A DNA stretch of 64,000 bases from Phycisphaerae bacterium (GTDB taxonomy: Bacteria; Planctomycetota; Phycisphaerae; UBA1845): positions 64,001 to 128,000 of the forward strand of contig CAXXGO010000001.1 in assembly GCA_963666835.2 (NCBI GenBank), written 5' to 3'. Below the pieces are notes generated by a model. The model was not told the DNA's origin, searched no databases, and saw only the letters and a program-made list of their open reading frames with translations. Below, piece by piece: positions 53,385-63,999 of the stretch. How positions within the stretch are numbered: position 1 is the first letter of the stretch; each line of letters begins with the position of its first letter. A program made the position numbers and the translations under genes.

Positions 53385-55070
53385 CTACTTGCGGTCACTG
53401 CGCAGGCAGCGCAGGATTTCATTCATACTCGTGCTGCCGTCGATGACCTTGAGCAGCCCTTCTTCCTGTAGGTAGTACATCTTGTTCTTGCGACACTGGG
53501 CCTTGATACGGTTCATTGGCGCCCCGGTGGCGATGAGTTTCGAAATCTCTTCGTCCACGACCAATAACTCGAAGATAGCCAGACGGCCCACATATCCCGA
53601 TCCCTGACAGGCCTGGCACGCGATCTCCCGACCCTTGCGGTCTCGTTTGACGTCTGTCGGGGGGCGATAGAACTTCTCGATCTTGCTCGCGGGGAGGTTC
53701 AGCTTCTTGAGTGTAGCCTCGTCCGGAGCGAATGCCTCGCGGCACTCCTCGCACAGCAGGCGGACCAGACGTTGGCTGAGGATCCCGAGCAGAGCCCGGG
53801 AGGCGAGTTCCGGGTCTTCCAGGAACGCGAGATACTTCGCCAAGGCGTCGAACGAGTCGTTGGCTTGTATGCCCATGTAGATTTTTCGATCATCGGCGGC
53901 CACGCGGGTGGCGACCTGAGCGGTCTCGCGGTCTTCGCACTCACTGACCATGACGATGTCGGGCTCGCGCCTCAGCACGGTCTGGAGGGCTCGGGCGAAG
54001 TCCACGTCGGAGCTGCCCCCCTCGTATACCTGCTGGGTGATATTGTCTAGGTCGATCTGCGAGCGCCGCTCGAGCGCGTGAATGTTATGCATGTAAGCAT
54101 CGTGACTGCGCAGAATCGCATACTGAGTCGTGGTCATGCCGTTCTGCGGTGGTGAGGCGATCAGCATTATGCCGGTCGGCTTACCGAGGATTTCTTTGGT
54201 CAGCGCCTCCAAACGGGGGGTGGCTATTCCCAGCTCATGGAGACGGAGCAGCACCGGTCCGGTCTGGAAGCGCACCCGCATCCGCTCGCCGGCCGTCGTA
54301 CCCGACGTGCGAATCTCGGTATCACCGATGTGGCCGGTGTGGCTGAGCAATGCGGTCTTGATGCTCCCGGTCTGCGGGCGCCGGATCTCTTCGGCGTTCA
54401 AGCCTGCGATTCGCTTCAGGAACCGGAAGATCCGTTCGCCTTCCTCCGTAGGGATACCGCCCTCGCGCTCCGTGGCCACCCCGTCGACCCGATACACCAG
54501 CCGATAGTTCTCTTTGCCGACGAGAATGTCCGCATCGGATGCCCGGTGTGAAAGCAGATCGTGCAGAAGATCCTGAACGGCCTGGTAGTCCAGCGCTTCT
54601 TCCGGCTCGCCCGGGAACTTCACCGGCTCCCCCTTGTGGTCTTCAAGGTGGACGCGCTGGCCCTTGTCTTCCACGGCGTTCTTCTTGTCCGGATCCCCGA
54701 AGAGCTTCCGGCGCACATGAGCAACTGTGAGAATCTGCTTGGCCACGACGACTCGACTGTTTCGGTGGAGGAGGTAGGCAACCATCGCCCCACCAGCGAT
54801 GAGCATCCAGGCGGCAAGGCCGATGTAAAACAGCACTCCCGGCCAGGGCACGAGAAAGAGGACCAAGTATCCCACCATCGCCCCGGAGACTACGATCAGA
54901 TTCCACTGCTCGCGCTTGGTCTTCACCACGTCGGTATCGCGATCGATCCACTGGGCGCCGGCGGCCCACGCTATTAACAGCGCGGCCACGGCGCCGATTT
55001 TGATCGGATTGACGTACATCACGGTATCGAGCACTGTTGCTAATATCGGGGATGTCATATCTACATCCAT
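53385..55070 (-). CDS. Membrane-anchored GspE/PilB-like protein with degenerate ATPase motifs
   Basis: RASD.., RVDGV, LRREPDIVMV, QRLVRLLCEEC and CQACQGSGYVGR; Walker A position reads SPPQNGMTTT. Confidence 0.85.
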   Translation of the reverse strand: MDVDMTSPILATVLDTVMYVNPIKIGAVAALLIAWAAGAQWIDRDTDVVKTKREQWNLIVVSGAMVGYLVLFLVPWPGVLFYIGLAAWMLIAGGAMVAYLLHRNSRVVVAKQILTVAHVRRKLFGDPDKKNAVEDKGQRVHLEDHKGEPVKFPGEPEEALDYQAVQDLLHDLLSHRASDADILVGKENYRLVYRVDGVATEREGGIPTEEGERIFRFLKRIAGLNAEEIRRPQTGSIKTALLSHTGHIGDTEIRTSGTTAGERMRVRFQTGPVLLRLHELGIATPRLEALTKEILGKPTGIMLIASPPQNGMTTTQYAILRSHDAYMHNIHALERRSQIDLDNITQQVYEGGSSDVDFARALQTVLRREPDIVMVSECEDRETAQVATRVAADDRKIYMGIQANDSFDALAKYLAFLEDPELASRALLGILSQRLVRLLCEECREAFAPDEATLKKLNLPASKIEKFYRPPTDVKRDRKGREIACQACQGSGYVGRLAIFELLVVDEEISKLIATGAPMNRIKAQCRKNKMYYLQEEGLLKVIDGSTSMNEILRCLRSDRK

Positions 55071-55126
55071 CGGTGGTCCATCTACACAGGCCCACCGCCT
55101 CTGCGGTGGGCCGACTAAGCGGGAGG

Positions 55127-56287
55127 CTAACCGATAATGCCCCCGCCGGTAACTGATATTCCCTTTAACCGCATGCCCAGCTCCTCCGGATTAGGGGCGG
55201 CGGCGTAGGCCGTCTTTACTGAGATCAGCTCCTTCTCCGAAAGTTGGCGAAGCGATTCTGTAAAATCAATCATACCCTCATGGTAGGAGTTACGCATCAC
55301 CGCGCCAATCTCGCTGTCCCGTTCCTCCGCGATCAGCTTCCGGACCGTCGCGTTACACCGCATGATTTCGCAGCAAGGCACACGCGGGATCTCCGGCTGC
55401 AAACCCGGCAGCAGCTTCAGACAAACGACTGCCTGCAAATTGAAGACCAAGGCCGAACGGACCATTGCCCGGCTCTCATCCGGAAACAGCTCCAGAATCC
55501 GTCCGATTGTACCCCAGGTGCTGGATGAGTGGATCGTGCTGAACACCAGATGCCCGGTTTCAGCGGCGGCGAGAGCGGCGCTGAAGGTCTCCTGATCCCG
55601 CAGCTCACCGATCAGAATCACGTCCGGGTCTTCCCGCATAACGTACTTGAGGGCGTCAGCGTAGTTCTCCACGTCGAGCCCGATCTCCCGCTGGTTTACG
55701 AACGACATCTTGTCTTCGTAGAGAAACTCGATCGGATCCTCGACCGTTACGATGTGGCACGGGCGAGTGGTGTTAATATCTTCCAGAACGGCCGAGATGG
55801 CGGTGCTCTTGCCGCTCCGCGATATCCCGGCGAACAAGATCAAGCCTTGTTGGATCTTCGCGAAATCGCCAAGCACCGGAGGCAGGTGCAGCTCTTCGTA
55901 GCTGTGAATCTCGCCCGGGACCCGGCGGGCTGCAACCGACATCTTCCCCCGCTGGCGAAACGCATTCAGGCGAAAACGGTCCGTAGTGCCGAGCTGGTAG
56001 GCAAAATCCGTGGACCCCTTCCGGCGATACTGAGCAATCTGCCGTTCGTCCATGATCTCGAACGCCATCGACTCGATCTCGGCCGCACTAAGTCCGTGAG
56101 AGTCGATATTGCGGATCTCTCCCTTTATTCGAAGTTTCGCGGGGGTGTCGGCCTTCAGGTGGAGATCGGAGGCCTTGTGTCGGCACATTGCCCGGAAGAA
56201 GATGTCAATCTTCTTGGGCTGGTTCCGGGCAATATCGGCGGGGGGGAGTTCGCACGAGTCCTCGTGGTCGGGAGTAGTATCCATCAC
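55127..56287 (-). CDS. PilT/PilU-family type IV pilus ATPase
   Basis: ASDLHLK, RFRLNAF.QRG, GISRSGKST, TVEDPIE, NQREIG, REDPDVILIGELRD and AETGHLVFSTIH. Confidence 0.9.
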   Translation of the reverse strand: MMDTTPDHEDSCELPPADIARNQPKKIDIFFRAMCRHKASDLHLKADTPAKLRIKGEIRNIDSHGLSAAEIESMAFEIMDERQIAQYRRKGSTDFAYQLGTTDRFRLNAFRQRGKMSVAARRVPGEIHSYEELHLPPVLGDFAKIQQGLILFAGISRSGKSTAISAVLEDINTTRPCHIVTVEDPIEFLYEDKMSFVNQREIGLDVENYADALKYVMREDPDVILIGELRDQETFSAALAAAETGHLVFSTIHSSSTWGTIGRILELFPDESRAMVRSALVFNLQAVVCLKLLPGLQPEIPRVPCCEIMRCNATVRKLIAEERDSEIGAVMRNSYHEGMIDFTESLRQLSEKELISVKTAYAAAPNPEELGMRLKGISVTGGGIIG

Positions 56288-56490
56288 GACTGCGCGTTCC
56301 TCCGAGTCAGGTACCGGGCTCGGTTCGCAGACCCGACACGCAAGGCTCCGCCCGGTGCCTGCCGCGAATAATGACCGCTGGAAACTCGTCGGGATCCCAC
56401 CGCGTCAAAGAACTGCGAGGCCCCCACAATTTCGACATTGTAGAAACTCGTGTGCCGGCTTCAAGGTGTAACCTTGTCAAGGTGGCGGAG

Positions 56491-57222
56491 TCAGACCAGG
56501 TTTCGTCCGCCGTCGACGGAGATTATCTCCCCGGTCACGTACTCAGCGGACTCGACCAGGAATCGCACCACCTTGGCCAGTTCGCCCGGCGTTCCCGCGC
56601 GTCCCAGGGGGACGCGGTCGACCAGAGTCTGCCGGAGATCCTCGTCGTACGCGTCAGAAAACTCAGCAATCCCCGGAGCTACCCCGTTCACGTGGATCGA
56701 AGGGGCGTACTTCCGGGCCAGCCCCTTTGTAAGCGCGGCTAGAGCGGCTTTGGAGCAGCAGTACGCCAGATGGCCCGGCCAGGGCCGCTCCCCCGAGATA
56801 TCGCAGAGATTAACAATCGCGCCTTGACCGTGTGCTGCAAGATGGCGTCGACTGTGCTCGGCCAGAGCCATTGGGGCAATGAGGTTCGTCCGGAGTGTCT
56901 CTTCCCAGCACTCGGGGGCGAATTCCTCGCCATCAGCCGTGAATGCTGCGGCGTTGTTGATCAGAACGTCGAGGCGGCCGAGCTGGTCGATGGTCTGGTC
57001 GATGACTTTCGGCCAATCTGCCGAGGCGTTCAGGTCGCCGGGAATCGCGGCGGCCTTTTGTCCCATCGAGACTATCTGATTGACGACCTCTTCTGCCTGC
57101 TTTGGTGAGTTTCTGTAATGTACGGCGACGTCACACCCGGCCCGGGCTAGTTCCAGTGCGATTGCCCTGCCGACGCGCTTAGCCCCTCCGGTTACCAGCA
57201 CGACATTGCCCTTGAGGTTCAT
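56491..57222 (-). CDS. Short-chain dehydrogenase (pteridine reductase/FolM-like)
   Basis: TGGAKRVG, NNAA, YCCSK, NGVAPG and VDGG motifs. Confidence 0.88.
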   Translation of the reverse strand: MNLKGNVVLVTGGAKRVGRAIALELARAGCDVAVHYRNSPKQAEEVVNQIVSMGQKAAAIPGDLNASADWPKVIDQTIDQLGRLDVLINNAAAFTADGEEFAPECWEETLRTNLIAPMALAEHSRRHLAAHGQGAIVNLCDISGERPWPGHLAYCCSKAALAALTKGLARKYAPSIHVNGVAPGIAEFSDAYDEDLRQTLVDRVPLGRAGTPGELAKVVRFLVESAEYVTGEIISVDGGRNLV

Positions 57223-57283
57223 GGATGCTGCCCTGGTAAAGCCTGCTGTGGTCCCAGTATCCGAGGTTGCCCGCGTTTGCGGT

Positions 57284-57610
57284 CTACCAATCGTCAAACG
57301 GCGAATCGGGATTCCGGTCGAGGGGGCTTGGGGGGTGTTTGCGTGTCTTCATTGCCCGATACGCCAGGGCGATAACGGCCACCATCAGCGCCGTAGTCAC
57401 CACGATTATCGGAATCGCGCCGATCGGCGCCGGTGGTTCGGCCCCCGCCGGTACGCCGTTGATAGCAGGGTCCAGTGGGATTGCGGGCGGCGCGTGCGTA
57501 CGGTAGACCCAGCTTCCCCAAGCCCAAAGGAGCAAGGATACTCCGGCTATTAAGAACACGAGCGCCACGCGGGTCCGCCTCGCTTCCGAATTGTCAACGT
57601 CATCGGGCAT
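57284..57610 (-). CDS. Small two-TM hypothetical protein
   Basis: Two hydrophobic segments; overlaps both neighbours in the same orientation. Confidence 0.6.
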   Translation of the reverse strand: MPDDVDNSEARRTRVALVFLIAGVSLLLWAWGSWVYRTHAPPAIPLDPAINGVPAGAEPPAPIGAIPIIVVTTALMVAVIALAYRAMKTRKHPPSPLDRNPDSPFDDW

Positions 57611-58583
57611 GTGAGGAGTCTGTGTGCCAGGGGCAATTCACTCGCGGATCAACGTCACCCAATTCGCGGAGTTGCTCGTATAGTCTTCGCTGCTCGTCCG
57701 TCAGGTTCTTGGGCGGCATAATCTGAACGATTACATACTGGTCTCCGCGCGCCGCGCCGTTGCTGCGAGGTGCGCCGCGCCCGCGAAGTCGCAGTTTGCT
57801 GCCGCTCCGGGTTCCGGGTGCGATCGTCACGGTGGCCGTGCCGTCAGTTGTGGGGACGTCCACCTTGGCCCCGAGGGCGGCCTCGATCGTACTGATCGGC
57901 ACGTCGACGTAGACGTCCGCGCCTTGTCTGGAGAAGTAGGGGTGCGCGTTGATGCCCACCACCAGCAGCAGATCGCCCGGCGGTCCGCCGTTGATGCCGG
58001 GTGAGCCTTTGCCCCGCAATCGAATCTTCTGTTGTTCCTCAACGCCGGGCGGGATCTTGACATCGAGGTTCTCGGTCTTGCGCCCCGGTGCGGATAGGCG
58101 CACTGTCACGGTGCATCCGTGAATCGCCTGCTCGAAGCTCAGTCTGAGTTGTTGCTGAACATCGTCTCCTTTCTGAGGCGATCGAGCCCGGCGGCGCGGT
58201 CCGCCCCTTCCGAACAGGTCATCGAACACGCTGGCCCGCTGTCCGCCGCCGCCGAACGCCGAGAACAGGTCTTCCAGATCATCGACGCGAACTGACGATC
58301 CGCCCCCGCCCCACTGATACACGCGTTGTCCGTTGGGGTTGGTCGTCCACTGCCCGACGCCGGCCTTGCCGTATTGATCGTATTCTCGGCGCTTCTTCGG
58401 ATCTTTGAGGACACTGTAAGCCTCTTGGACTTCTTTGAATTTGTCCTCTGCCGCCGCGGCATCAGCCTGATTTCGGTCCGGGTGGTGTTTCTTGGCGAGC
58501 CGCCGGTAGGCGCGCTTGATCTCGTCCTGTGTTGCGGATCGTTCAACACCCAGGATTTGGTAGTAATCAGACATACCGGTCAT
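57600..58583 (-). CDS. DnaJ-class chaperone without zinc finger (CbpA-like)
   Basis: J-domain with HPD motif, G/F-rich region and DnaJ C-terminal domain. Confidence 0.92.
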   Translation of the reverse strand: MTGMSDYYQILGVERSATQDEIKRAYRRLAKKHHPDRNQADAAAAEDKFKEVQEAYSVLKDPKKRREYDQYGKAGVGQWTTNPNGQRVYQWGGGGSSVRVDDLEDLFSAFGGGGQRASVFDDLFGRGGPRRRARSPQKGDDVQQQLRLSFEQAIHGCTVTVRLSAPGRKTENLDVKIPPGVEEQQKIRLRGKGSPGINGGPPGDLLLVVGINAHPYFSRQGADVYVDVPISTIEAALGAKVDVPTTDGTATVTIAPGTRSGSKLRLRGRGAPRSNGAARGDQYVIVQIMPPKNLTDEQRRLYEQLRELGDVDPRVNCPWHTDSSHAR

Positions 58584-58754
58584 GAACCAACCACAGCCCC
58601 CGTACCGGCTTTATCGACGGGAATTACTCCCGCACCGTCCTGTGCAGTATAGACCTGAGCCCGCCGCGGGGAAAGCGGGGAACGCCCGCAAGACATACCC
58701 GGGCACGGGTCGCCGATTGTCAAGATCCTCGGGGACGCCGTGACTCGACAAACG

Positions 58755-60359
58755 TCAGCCGGTCGGCCAGAGCAATCGAACCTGCCAGGGCTCGTAGGGC
58801 AGCGGACTGTGGGGCTCGTTGATCTTCTCTTCAGCGATCAGGTCACGGACCGCGCCGAGCGGCTTGCCGCGTTGGAGCACTAGTTCTCGCGGGCGGTCGG
58901 AGATATTGGCCACGAAGACACAGCACCTTCCGGCCGGCGTTACGCCCTCCCGAATGATTACGTCTTCCGCCAAGCCCGGGCCGGTTTCCTTCACGGTTGC
59001 TCTGCCGGTGTGTTCGGTGTGCCCGGCCAGCTCTCGTCCGATTGTGAGGAGGAACGTCTCGGGGTCGGCCGCTTTTTCCGGATCAAGCGGCACTACGACC
59101 TGGTACTGCCGGCGCAACCGATCGTCCACGGATCCCCGGCGAACCACGTCGAACCTGAGCTGACGATCAAGGAGTTTGGCCCAGATGGGCTCGATCCACG
59201 CGGCCCACTCGTTACTTCGGCTCGGGTCAACGGCTTCTGCGCCCACGGCGACGGCCACCACCGGTTTCGTCCTGAACGGTGCCAAGTACTCGCCCAACCG
59301 GATGAGATCGAGTGCGGTGTGCGAGAGCGCCTCGGTGTGGCTCGGGGTGGTCAGCAGGCTGGCATACATGCTCCCGGACCCGTCCCGCAGATCGCGCCAT
59401 CCGCGCACAAGACCAAGCGACTGTCCATCCAGAGCATGCACCCAAAGTGCCGCAGATGTGGCATCAGGGGGATCGCTACGGTTCTGCAGGGTGCCCCAGC
59501 CGTCCGCGACGTATCGGAGACGCTCGAAGACCCCGCGGGCGGCTGCCCGGCGCGCCAGCGACGACGCCCACGATTCTCCGAACGCCGGGTCAACGATTGC
59601 CGCCGACCGGCCCGGCCGACTTCCGACAATACGTTCGCCACCCAGCAGGTTTTGCAGAGTGACCGGTTCGACGGTTAACGCATGCTGGGGAAGCCCCGTG
59701 TCGGTGCTGTTGGCGTCAGATAGCACAACCGAGGCCATGCCCAGGGCGGCGGCGCGATCGAGCAGAGCCGAGCCGGATCCATCGCGAGGGATCTCGCCTG
59801 CGATTCGGGGGTACACGCGAAAGCCCATGGCGGCCGCCAAGTCCAGATCTCCGAAAGACGGATGGGATCGGGTGGCGGTCGTCCGGTCGACAATCCCGAG
59901 CAGGGCCGGGGTAGGTGACGCCTCGGCCAGTTCGGCGCCGGTTATACGACGGCGGTGCGGACGGAATCCGGGGTAACTGTCGGAAGCGGTGACCCGTTGG
60001 GTTGCGTCGTCCGCCCATTCGAGCATTTCGATCAAGACGGGATCGGCGATGGCCCCGTTTTGGTGTTGTCGCAGGCGCATCTCGCGCTCGAGGGTCTGCG
60101 TCGTCTTCACCAAAGTGGCGAGGGTGGCTCGGGCGTAGGGGCGGTCAAACCACTCGAAATGCAGCGTATCCAGCAGGTTGTTGAGATCCACCAACCCGGC
60201 GACCTGGTCGGTGAGCCGGTCCACGCGCGTGCGCAGGGTGGCCATATCGACCGAGTCGTCGGAAACGGCGGCAAGCGCCGAAGGAAGCCCCGCCCCGGCC
60301 ATGATTCCCAGAACCGACAGCCATACCGCCGTCAGGCGGCGTAATTCGGAAGTGTTCAT
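58755..60359 (-). CDS. Hypothetical secreted protein
   Basis: Signal peptide; long ORF; ATGA overlap with the upstream gene. Confidence 0.7.
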   Translation of the reverse strand: MNTSELRRLTAVWLSVLGIMAGAGLPSALAAVSDDSVDMATLRTRVDRLTDQVAGLVDLNNLLDTLHFEWFDRPYARATLATLVKTTQTLEREMRLRQHQNGAIADPVLIEMLEWADDATQRVTASDSYPGFRPHRRRITGAELAEASPTPALLGIVDRTTATRSHPSFGDLDLAAAMGFRVYPRIAGEIPRDGSGSALLDRAAALGMASVVLSDANSTDTGLPQHALTVEPVTLQNLLGGERIVGSRPGRSAAIVDPAFGESWASSLARRAAARGVFERLRYVADGWGTLQNRSDPPDATSAALWVHALDGQSLGLVRGWRDLRDGSGSMYASLLTTPSHTEALSHTALDLIRLGEYLAPFRTKPVVAVAVGAEAVDPSRSNEWAAWIEPIWAKLLDRQLRFDVVRRGSVDDRLRRQYQVVVPLDPEKAADPETFLLTIGRELAGHTEHTGRATVKETGPGLAEDVIIREGVTPAGRCCVFVANISDRPRELVLQRGKPLGAVRDLIAEEKINEPHSPLPYEPWQVRLLWPTG

Positions 60360-60934
60360 CGCGGTATTCTCCACCAGCAGTATTCGGGGTTAGTCTGTCC
60401 GACCGAGGCGCCCTGCGAACCGGCGGTAGGATACGGGAGGTTCGCCCGGGCGTCGATCAGACGTTGTCTAGAGAACCCGGCCGGGCTTTCTCTAAGCCGT
60501 CGGCGCGTTTCGTCGCTGAAAAACGCCTCTGCCGGGGGGAGGTCGTTGTCGTCGTCGTAAAACTTGAGAGCTTCTTCAAGGCACTGCCCCGCGCCGAGGT
60601 TCAGGTGACGTCTTCGGACCTTGTCGGGCTCTTCTTCAGCGGCGCTGATGAGGACCCGCGACAACGTGATCCACTGCGCCACGTCGATAATCCGAGACGG
60701 TTCCTCCCCCGGGTTGATTCGATCATCGTTATCTGCGGCTGAGTGGTTGAGTCGCTCGAATGACATCGTGGTGTCAGCATGACAGGCCGCACATTCCGTT
60801 TCGATAGTGACTGTGCCGGCCGGGTCATCTTCATTCAGCGGATCCGCCCCGATCAGCGGTCCGCGCCCACAAGATGCGCAGCGGACGACTCGCAGGTAGA
60901 GGTAAGCCTCCGGAAGACTATGGGCACGAAGCAT
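60356..60934 (-). CDS. Hypothetical protein with two CxxC motifs
   Basis: CASC...CAAC followed by a helical C-terminus. Confidence 0.7.
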   Translation of the reverse strand: MLRAHSLPEAYLYLRVVRCASCGRGPLIGADPLNEDDPAGTVTIETECAACHADTTMSFERLNHSAADNDDRINPGEEPSRIIDVAQWITLSRVLISAAEEEPDKVRRRHLNLGAGQCLEEALKFYDDDNDLPPAEAFFSDETRRRLRESPAGFSRQRLIDARANLPYPTAGSQGASVGQTNPEYCWWRIPR

Positions 60935-61104
60935 GGTCGAACGGCAATCCGATCGTGAACGGTTCAGACAATCCCTGTCGTTGCGCGCCGTTTAGCCGCC
61001 GGTATCCTTGACCGGACCGACCGGCCGGCGCGAGCCTGCCCTGGCTATAACCGCCGAGTGCGGTCGGTGCCCGCCATCCGGCGGGTGGAGACTATGCGCT
61101 TCGC

Positions 61105-61926
61105 TCAGTCAGACTCGTCGCTGCTCTCGGCATCGCCGCCGCGTTGCGCGGCTGCCGCCTGGGCTATGATCTCCAACTGCGCCAGAGCGGCTTCCGCCGG
61201 AACCTGCTCCGACCGTACACCCTGGGCGACGGTGTCGAAGGTGGTGCTAATCGCGGTGAGCCCCTGCTCCAACGTCGCGAAACTTGGGAGCCCGGGTACT
61301 TCGATGAACCACTCTTCGTCTATCAGAACGAAACGGCATGTGGGCAAACTCCCGCCGTCCTTGATTTCTCCCGTCACCTCCCCCTCACTCACCACGGTGA
61401 GCGCTCCGACGTCGAGCGTGAAATCCGTCATCCGCTCCAGTTCGGTGAAGATTGTGGTGATACGCTCGCTGGCATCCGGGAGTTTCTCTTCAAGGGCGGT
61501 CTTGGCCGCCTCGAGTTTCTCGTCCATGGCCGTTAGGGTTTGCAGAAGTGCCTCGAGCGTTTCTTGTTGCTCATCGACGTAGTACACGACCAACTCGTCG
61601 ATTTCACCATCGGCGGCGATCTCGTTGTACTCGGCGATTAGCTCGCGGATTTCGGCCTCCAGCCCGCCGGCCTTGCCCTCTTCGGCTGCGTCCTCGTCCT
61701 CATCCTCGACTTCAGCCTCGGCATCGAGCTCGCGGAACGGCTGCCAGGTGGCCGACCCCTCGCCGGCGTTATAGGCCACGCTTGTGCCGTGTACGGGAAT
61801 CAACACGGTGTCCTCATCGCCGAGATTCTCGCTGTAAGCGGCAGGCGGAGCGACGTCTCGACAGCCCGCGGCTGCGACGAGGGCCAGGACACACCAAAGA
61901 CAACCACGCCGGCGGATAAGTACCAT
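61105..61926 (-). CDS. Hypothetical acidic lipoprotein
   Basis: AAGGAG RBS; lipobox AAAGC. Confidence 0.72.
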   Translation of the reverse strand: MVLIRRRGCLWCVLALVAAAGCRDVAPPAAYSENLGDEDTVLIPVHGTSVAYNAGEGSATWQPFRELDAEAEVEDEDEDAAEEGKAGGLEAEIRELIAEYNEIAADGEIDELVVYYVDEQQETLEALLQTLTAMDEKLEAAKTALEEKLPDASERITTIFTELERMTDFTLDVGALTVVSEGEVTGEIKDGGSLPTCRFVLIDEEWFIEVPGLPSFATLEQGLTAISTTFDTVAQGVRSEQVPAEAALAQLEIIAQAAAAQRGGDAESSDESD

Positions 61927-62128
61927 CGCCAACTCCTTGCGTTTTCACTGTAGTATCGCGGTACGCTCCCGCGGAACTAGGCTAGCTCCAACGGCCCGTC
62001 CGGTCAACTTCTGAGGATGTGCGGCCGCAGGGTGGCGAGGTTATAGGACCATCGGTAGAAGTGGCAGGACCGCTGTTCGGTGCGCGTCAGGCGGTTGTGT
62101 TGCTAAACTAGCAACCCCGGCCAACGCC

Positions 62129-62311
62129 TCACCGTATGGGTGGTTCACCCTTGCCCGTCGAACCACCGCTGATCGTGGTGATCAGTCGAACAACGGGCGT
62201 GGTCTTCCCGCAGGTCTCGCACGGAAGCCGGCGCTTGGGCTTGTCCATGATCCCGTGCTGCAGCTCCTGCTGGGCTCCGCAAACCTGACATTGATAAACG
62301 TACACCGGCAT
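62129..62311 (-). CDS. FmdB-family zinc-ribbon protein
   Basis: MPVYVYQCQVCG...CETCG...RLI; GGAGG RBS. Confidence 0.85.
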   Translation of the reverse strand: MPVYVYQCQVCGAQQELQHGIMDKPKRRLPCETCGKTTPVVRLITTISGGSTGKGEPPIR

Positions 62312-62374
62312 TCTGTCTGCCTCCCTTGAGTGCCGTTGCCATGCCGCCCGGAGCGTCGTGGCTGCGGCACTATC

Positions 62375-62815
62375 TCAATCATACGATACGCGGGTGCTTT
62401 CGTCGGCCAAAGTAGGTTGAATCAGCTCCGCCCATTGCGGTGAGTCCCAGGTTCCCAGCTTGGTATGCACGTCGTAGTATTTCTGTGGTATCGGATGAGT
62501 GCCCACGACCACCTTCAGGCCGTACCTTGTCGTAATGAAATCGCGAAAGTGGTTGATACGCGGGCACGGCGGGTATCCGACAACCAGCCCGGTAGCCAGG
62601 TGGACGGTTTGTACGCCGTTCTTTTTCATCTCTTCCGGGGTGTACTCGATATTGCCGCCGGGGCAGCCGCCGCAAGTGGTGAACCCGGCGATCTCCACGT
62701 CCTTTCCACGGTAGATACTGAAGGCCCCTTCCCTATTGCGGAGCGATCGGAGGCATTTGCCTCCGGCGCACATTCGATAACGGTCGCAGATGATAATTCC
62801 GATCTTCTCAGTCAT
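62375..62815 (-). CDS. CGGC domain metal-binding protein
   Basis: KIGIIIC..C.GGKC, TCGGCPG, CP and VVGTH motifs. Confidence 0.88.
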   Translation of the reverse strand: MTEKIGIIICDRYRMCAGGKCLRSLRNREGAFSIYRGKDVEIAGFTTCGGCPGGNIEYTPEEMKKNGVQTVHLATGLVVGYPPCPRINHFRDFITTRYGLKVVVGTHPIPQKYYDVHTKLGTWDSPQWAELIQPTLADESTRVSYD

Positions 62816-62827
62816 TAGTGTCTCTCG

Positions 62828-63784
62828 CTATTGGTCTGCTGGAGATTTCGCATCCATCTCCGAACCGTGAATGACCGCTCTGTAGTAACACGTACCGGCC
62901 ACCCAAGTGGTCTCGATACGTTTCTCCGCCAGAAGTCGATCCAAGTACTTGATGGCTTCGTTCGGGTGCATCCTGAGCCCTTGGGCGACGCCGTCGATAG
63001 AGCACGGCCGTCTTCGAAGCAGGCCCAGCACTTCGTCCCGGCTGACGGAGAACTGAGTTTGCCGCGGATCATGGGGGTAATCGGCGACGACGTCGGTCGG
63101 CGCGCTGAACAGCCTCGCCAGCTCGGTTAAGCGCTCGGGTGACACGCCGGCCGCCGAGCTGTCCGCCGGGGGCCGGACTACGGTGTTAAGCTGGACCCGA
63201 TCCGGCTTGATGGCGTTAGTGTGTTCGACGATCTTCATGACCTGGGCTTCGGTATCCGTCATCCCGGCGAGCAGAAGAACCTCCAACCAGTACTCTCCCC
63301 GGCACGTCTGGCGCGACGCTACCAGACCATCGATCATCCTGTCAAACGAGACGGCCGCGTGGGGCCGATTGACGAGTTGAAAGGTCTTCTCGTCACCGGC
63401 GTCCAACGAGGGAATAAGAAGATCGACGTTCGCAACATCCTCGCGCACGTCGGGCCGCCACAGCAGCGATCCGTTCGTCAAGAGCGCCACGGGAATGTCG
63501 GTCATGCTCTTGATTCCGTCTATCAGAGCGCCGAGTTGCGAAAAGAGAGTCGGTTCTCCGGAGCCGCTGAGGGTGATGTAGTCAGGTTCGGTGGAGAGCT
63601 TTGCTTCGACCTCGTTAAGAAGCTCTTCCAACGGCGCCCATGGCTTCCGTTCCACGGTGTGGCAGTTGGTGCGACCAAGCTGGCAGTAGACGCAGTCGTA
63701 CGTGCAGGTTTTGAACGGTACGACATCCACGCCCAGCGACCGGCCCAGCCGGCGCGAGGGCACTGGACCGAAGACATAGCTCAT
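62828..63784 (-). CDS. Radical SAM protein (TYW1-related family) with a C-terminal winged helix
   Basis: FGPVPSRRLGRSLG, CTYDCVYC, SGSGEPT and SLDA motifs. Confidence 0.88.
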   Translation of the reverse strand: MSYVFGPVPSRRLGRSLGVDVVPFKTCTYDCVYCQLGRTNCHTVERKPWAPLEELLNEVEAKLSTEPDYITLSGSGEPTLFSQLGALIDGIKSMTDIPVALLTNGSLLWRPDVREDVANVDLLIPSLDAGDEKTFQLVNRPHAAVSFDRMIDGLVASRQTCRGEYWLEVLLLAGMTDTEAQVMKIVEHTNAIKPDRVQLNTVVRPPADSSAAGVSPERLTELARLFSAPTDVVADYPHDPRQTQFSVSRDEVLGLLRRRPCSIDGVAQGLRMHPNEAIKYLDRLLAEKRIETTWVAGTCYYRAVIHGSEMDAKSPADQ

Positions 63785-63882
63785 TCTGACACCTCGTTAG
63801 TCCTGCGACCGGCACGTTAGACACTGCGTGCAGAGCAGTATCGCCCGCAAATCTGTGTCGGCCTTTCCGTAAGCAGCGGCAG

Positions 63883-63999
63883 TTACGGTGGGTTCATCCC
63901 CGTCATCTTCCGAACCGTTGTGTATACCGGCCGGCCGTCGGGCCCGTACGGATCGATCAGGATCTTGCGGTCGAAGACGGGAGATACGAACGTTGACGA
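63883..63999 (-). CDS. 3' end of an unidentified gene entering from the window edge
   Basis: Open frame ...SSTFVSPVFDRKILIDPYGPDGRPVYTTVRKMTGMNPP* ending at TAA 63885-63883. Confidence 0.4.
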   Translation of the reverse strand, partial: SSTFVSPVFDRKILIDPYGPDGRPVYTTVRKMTGMNPP

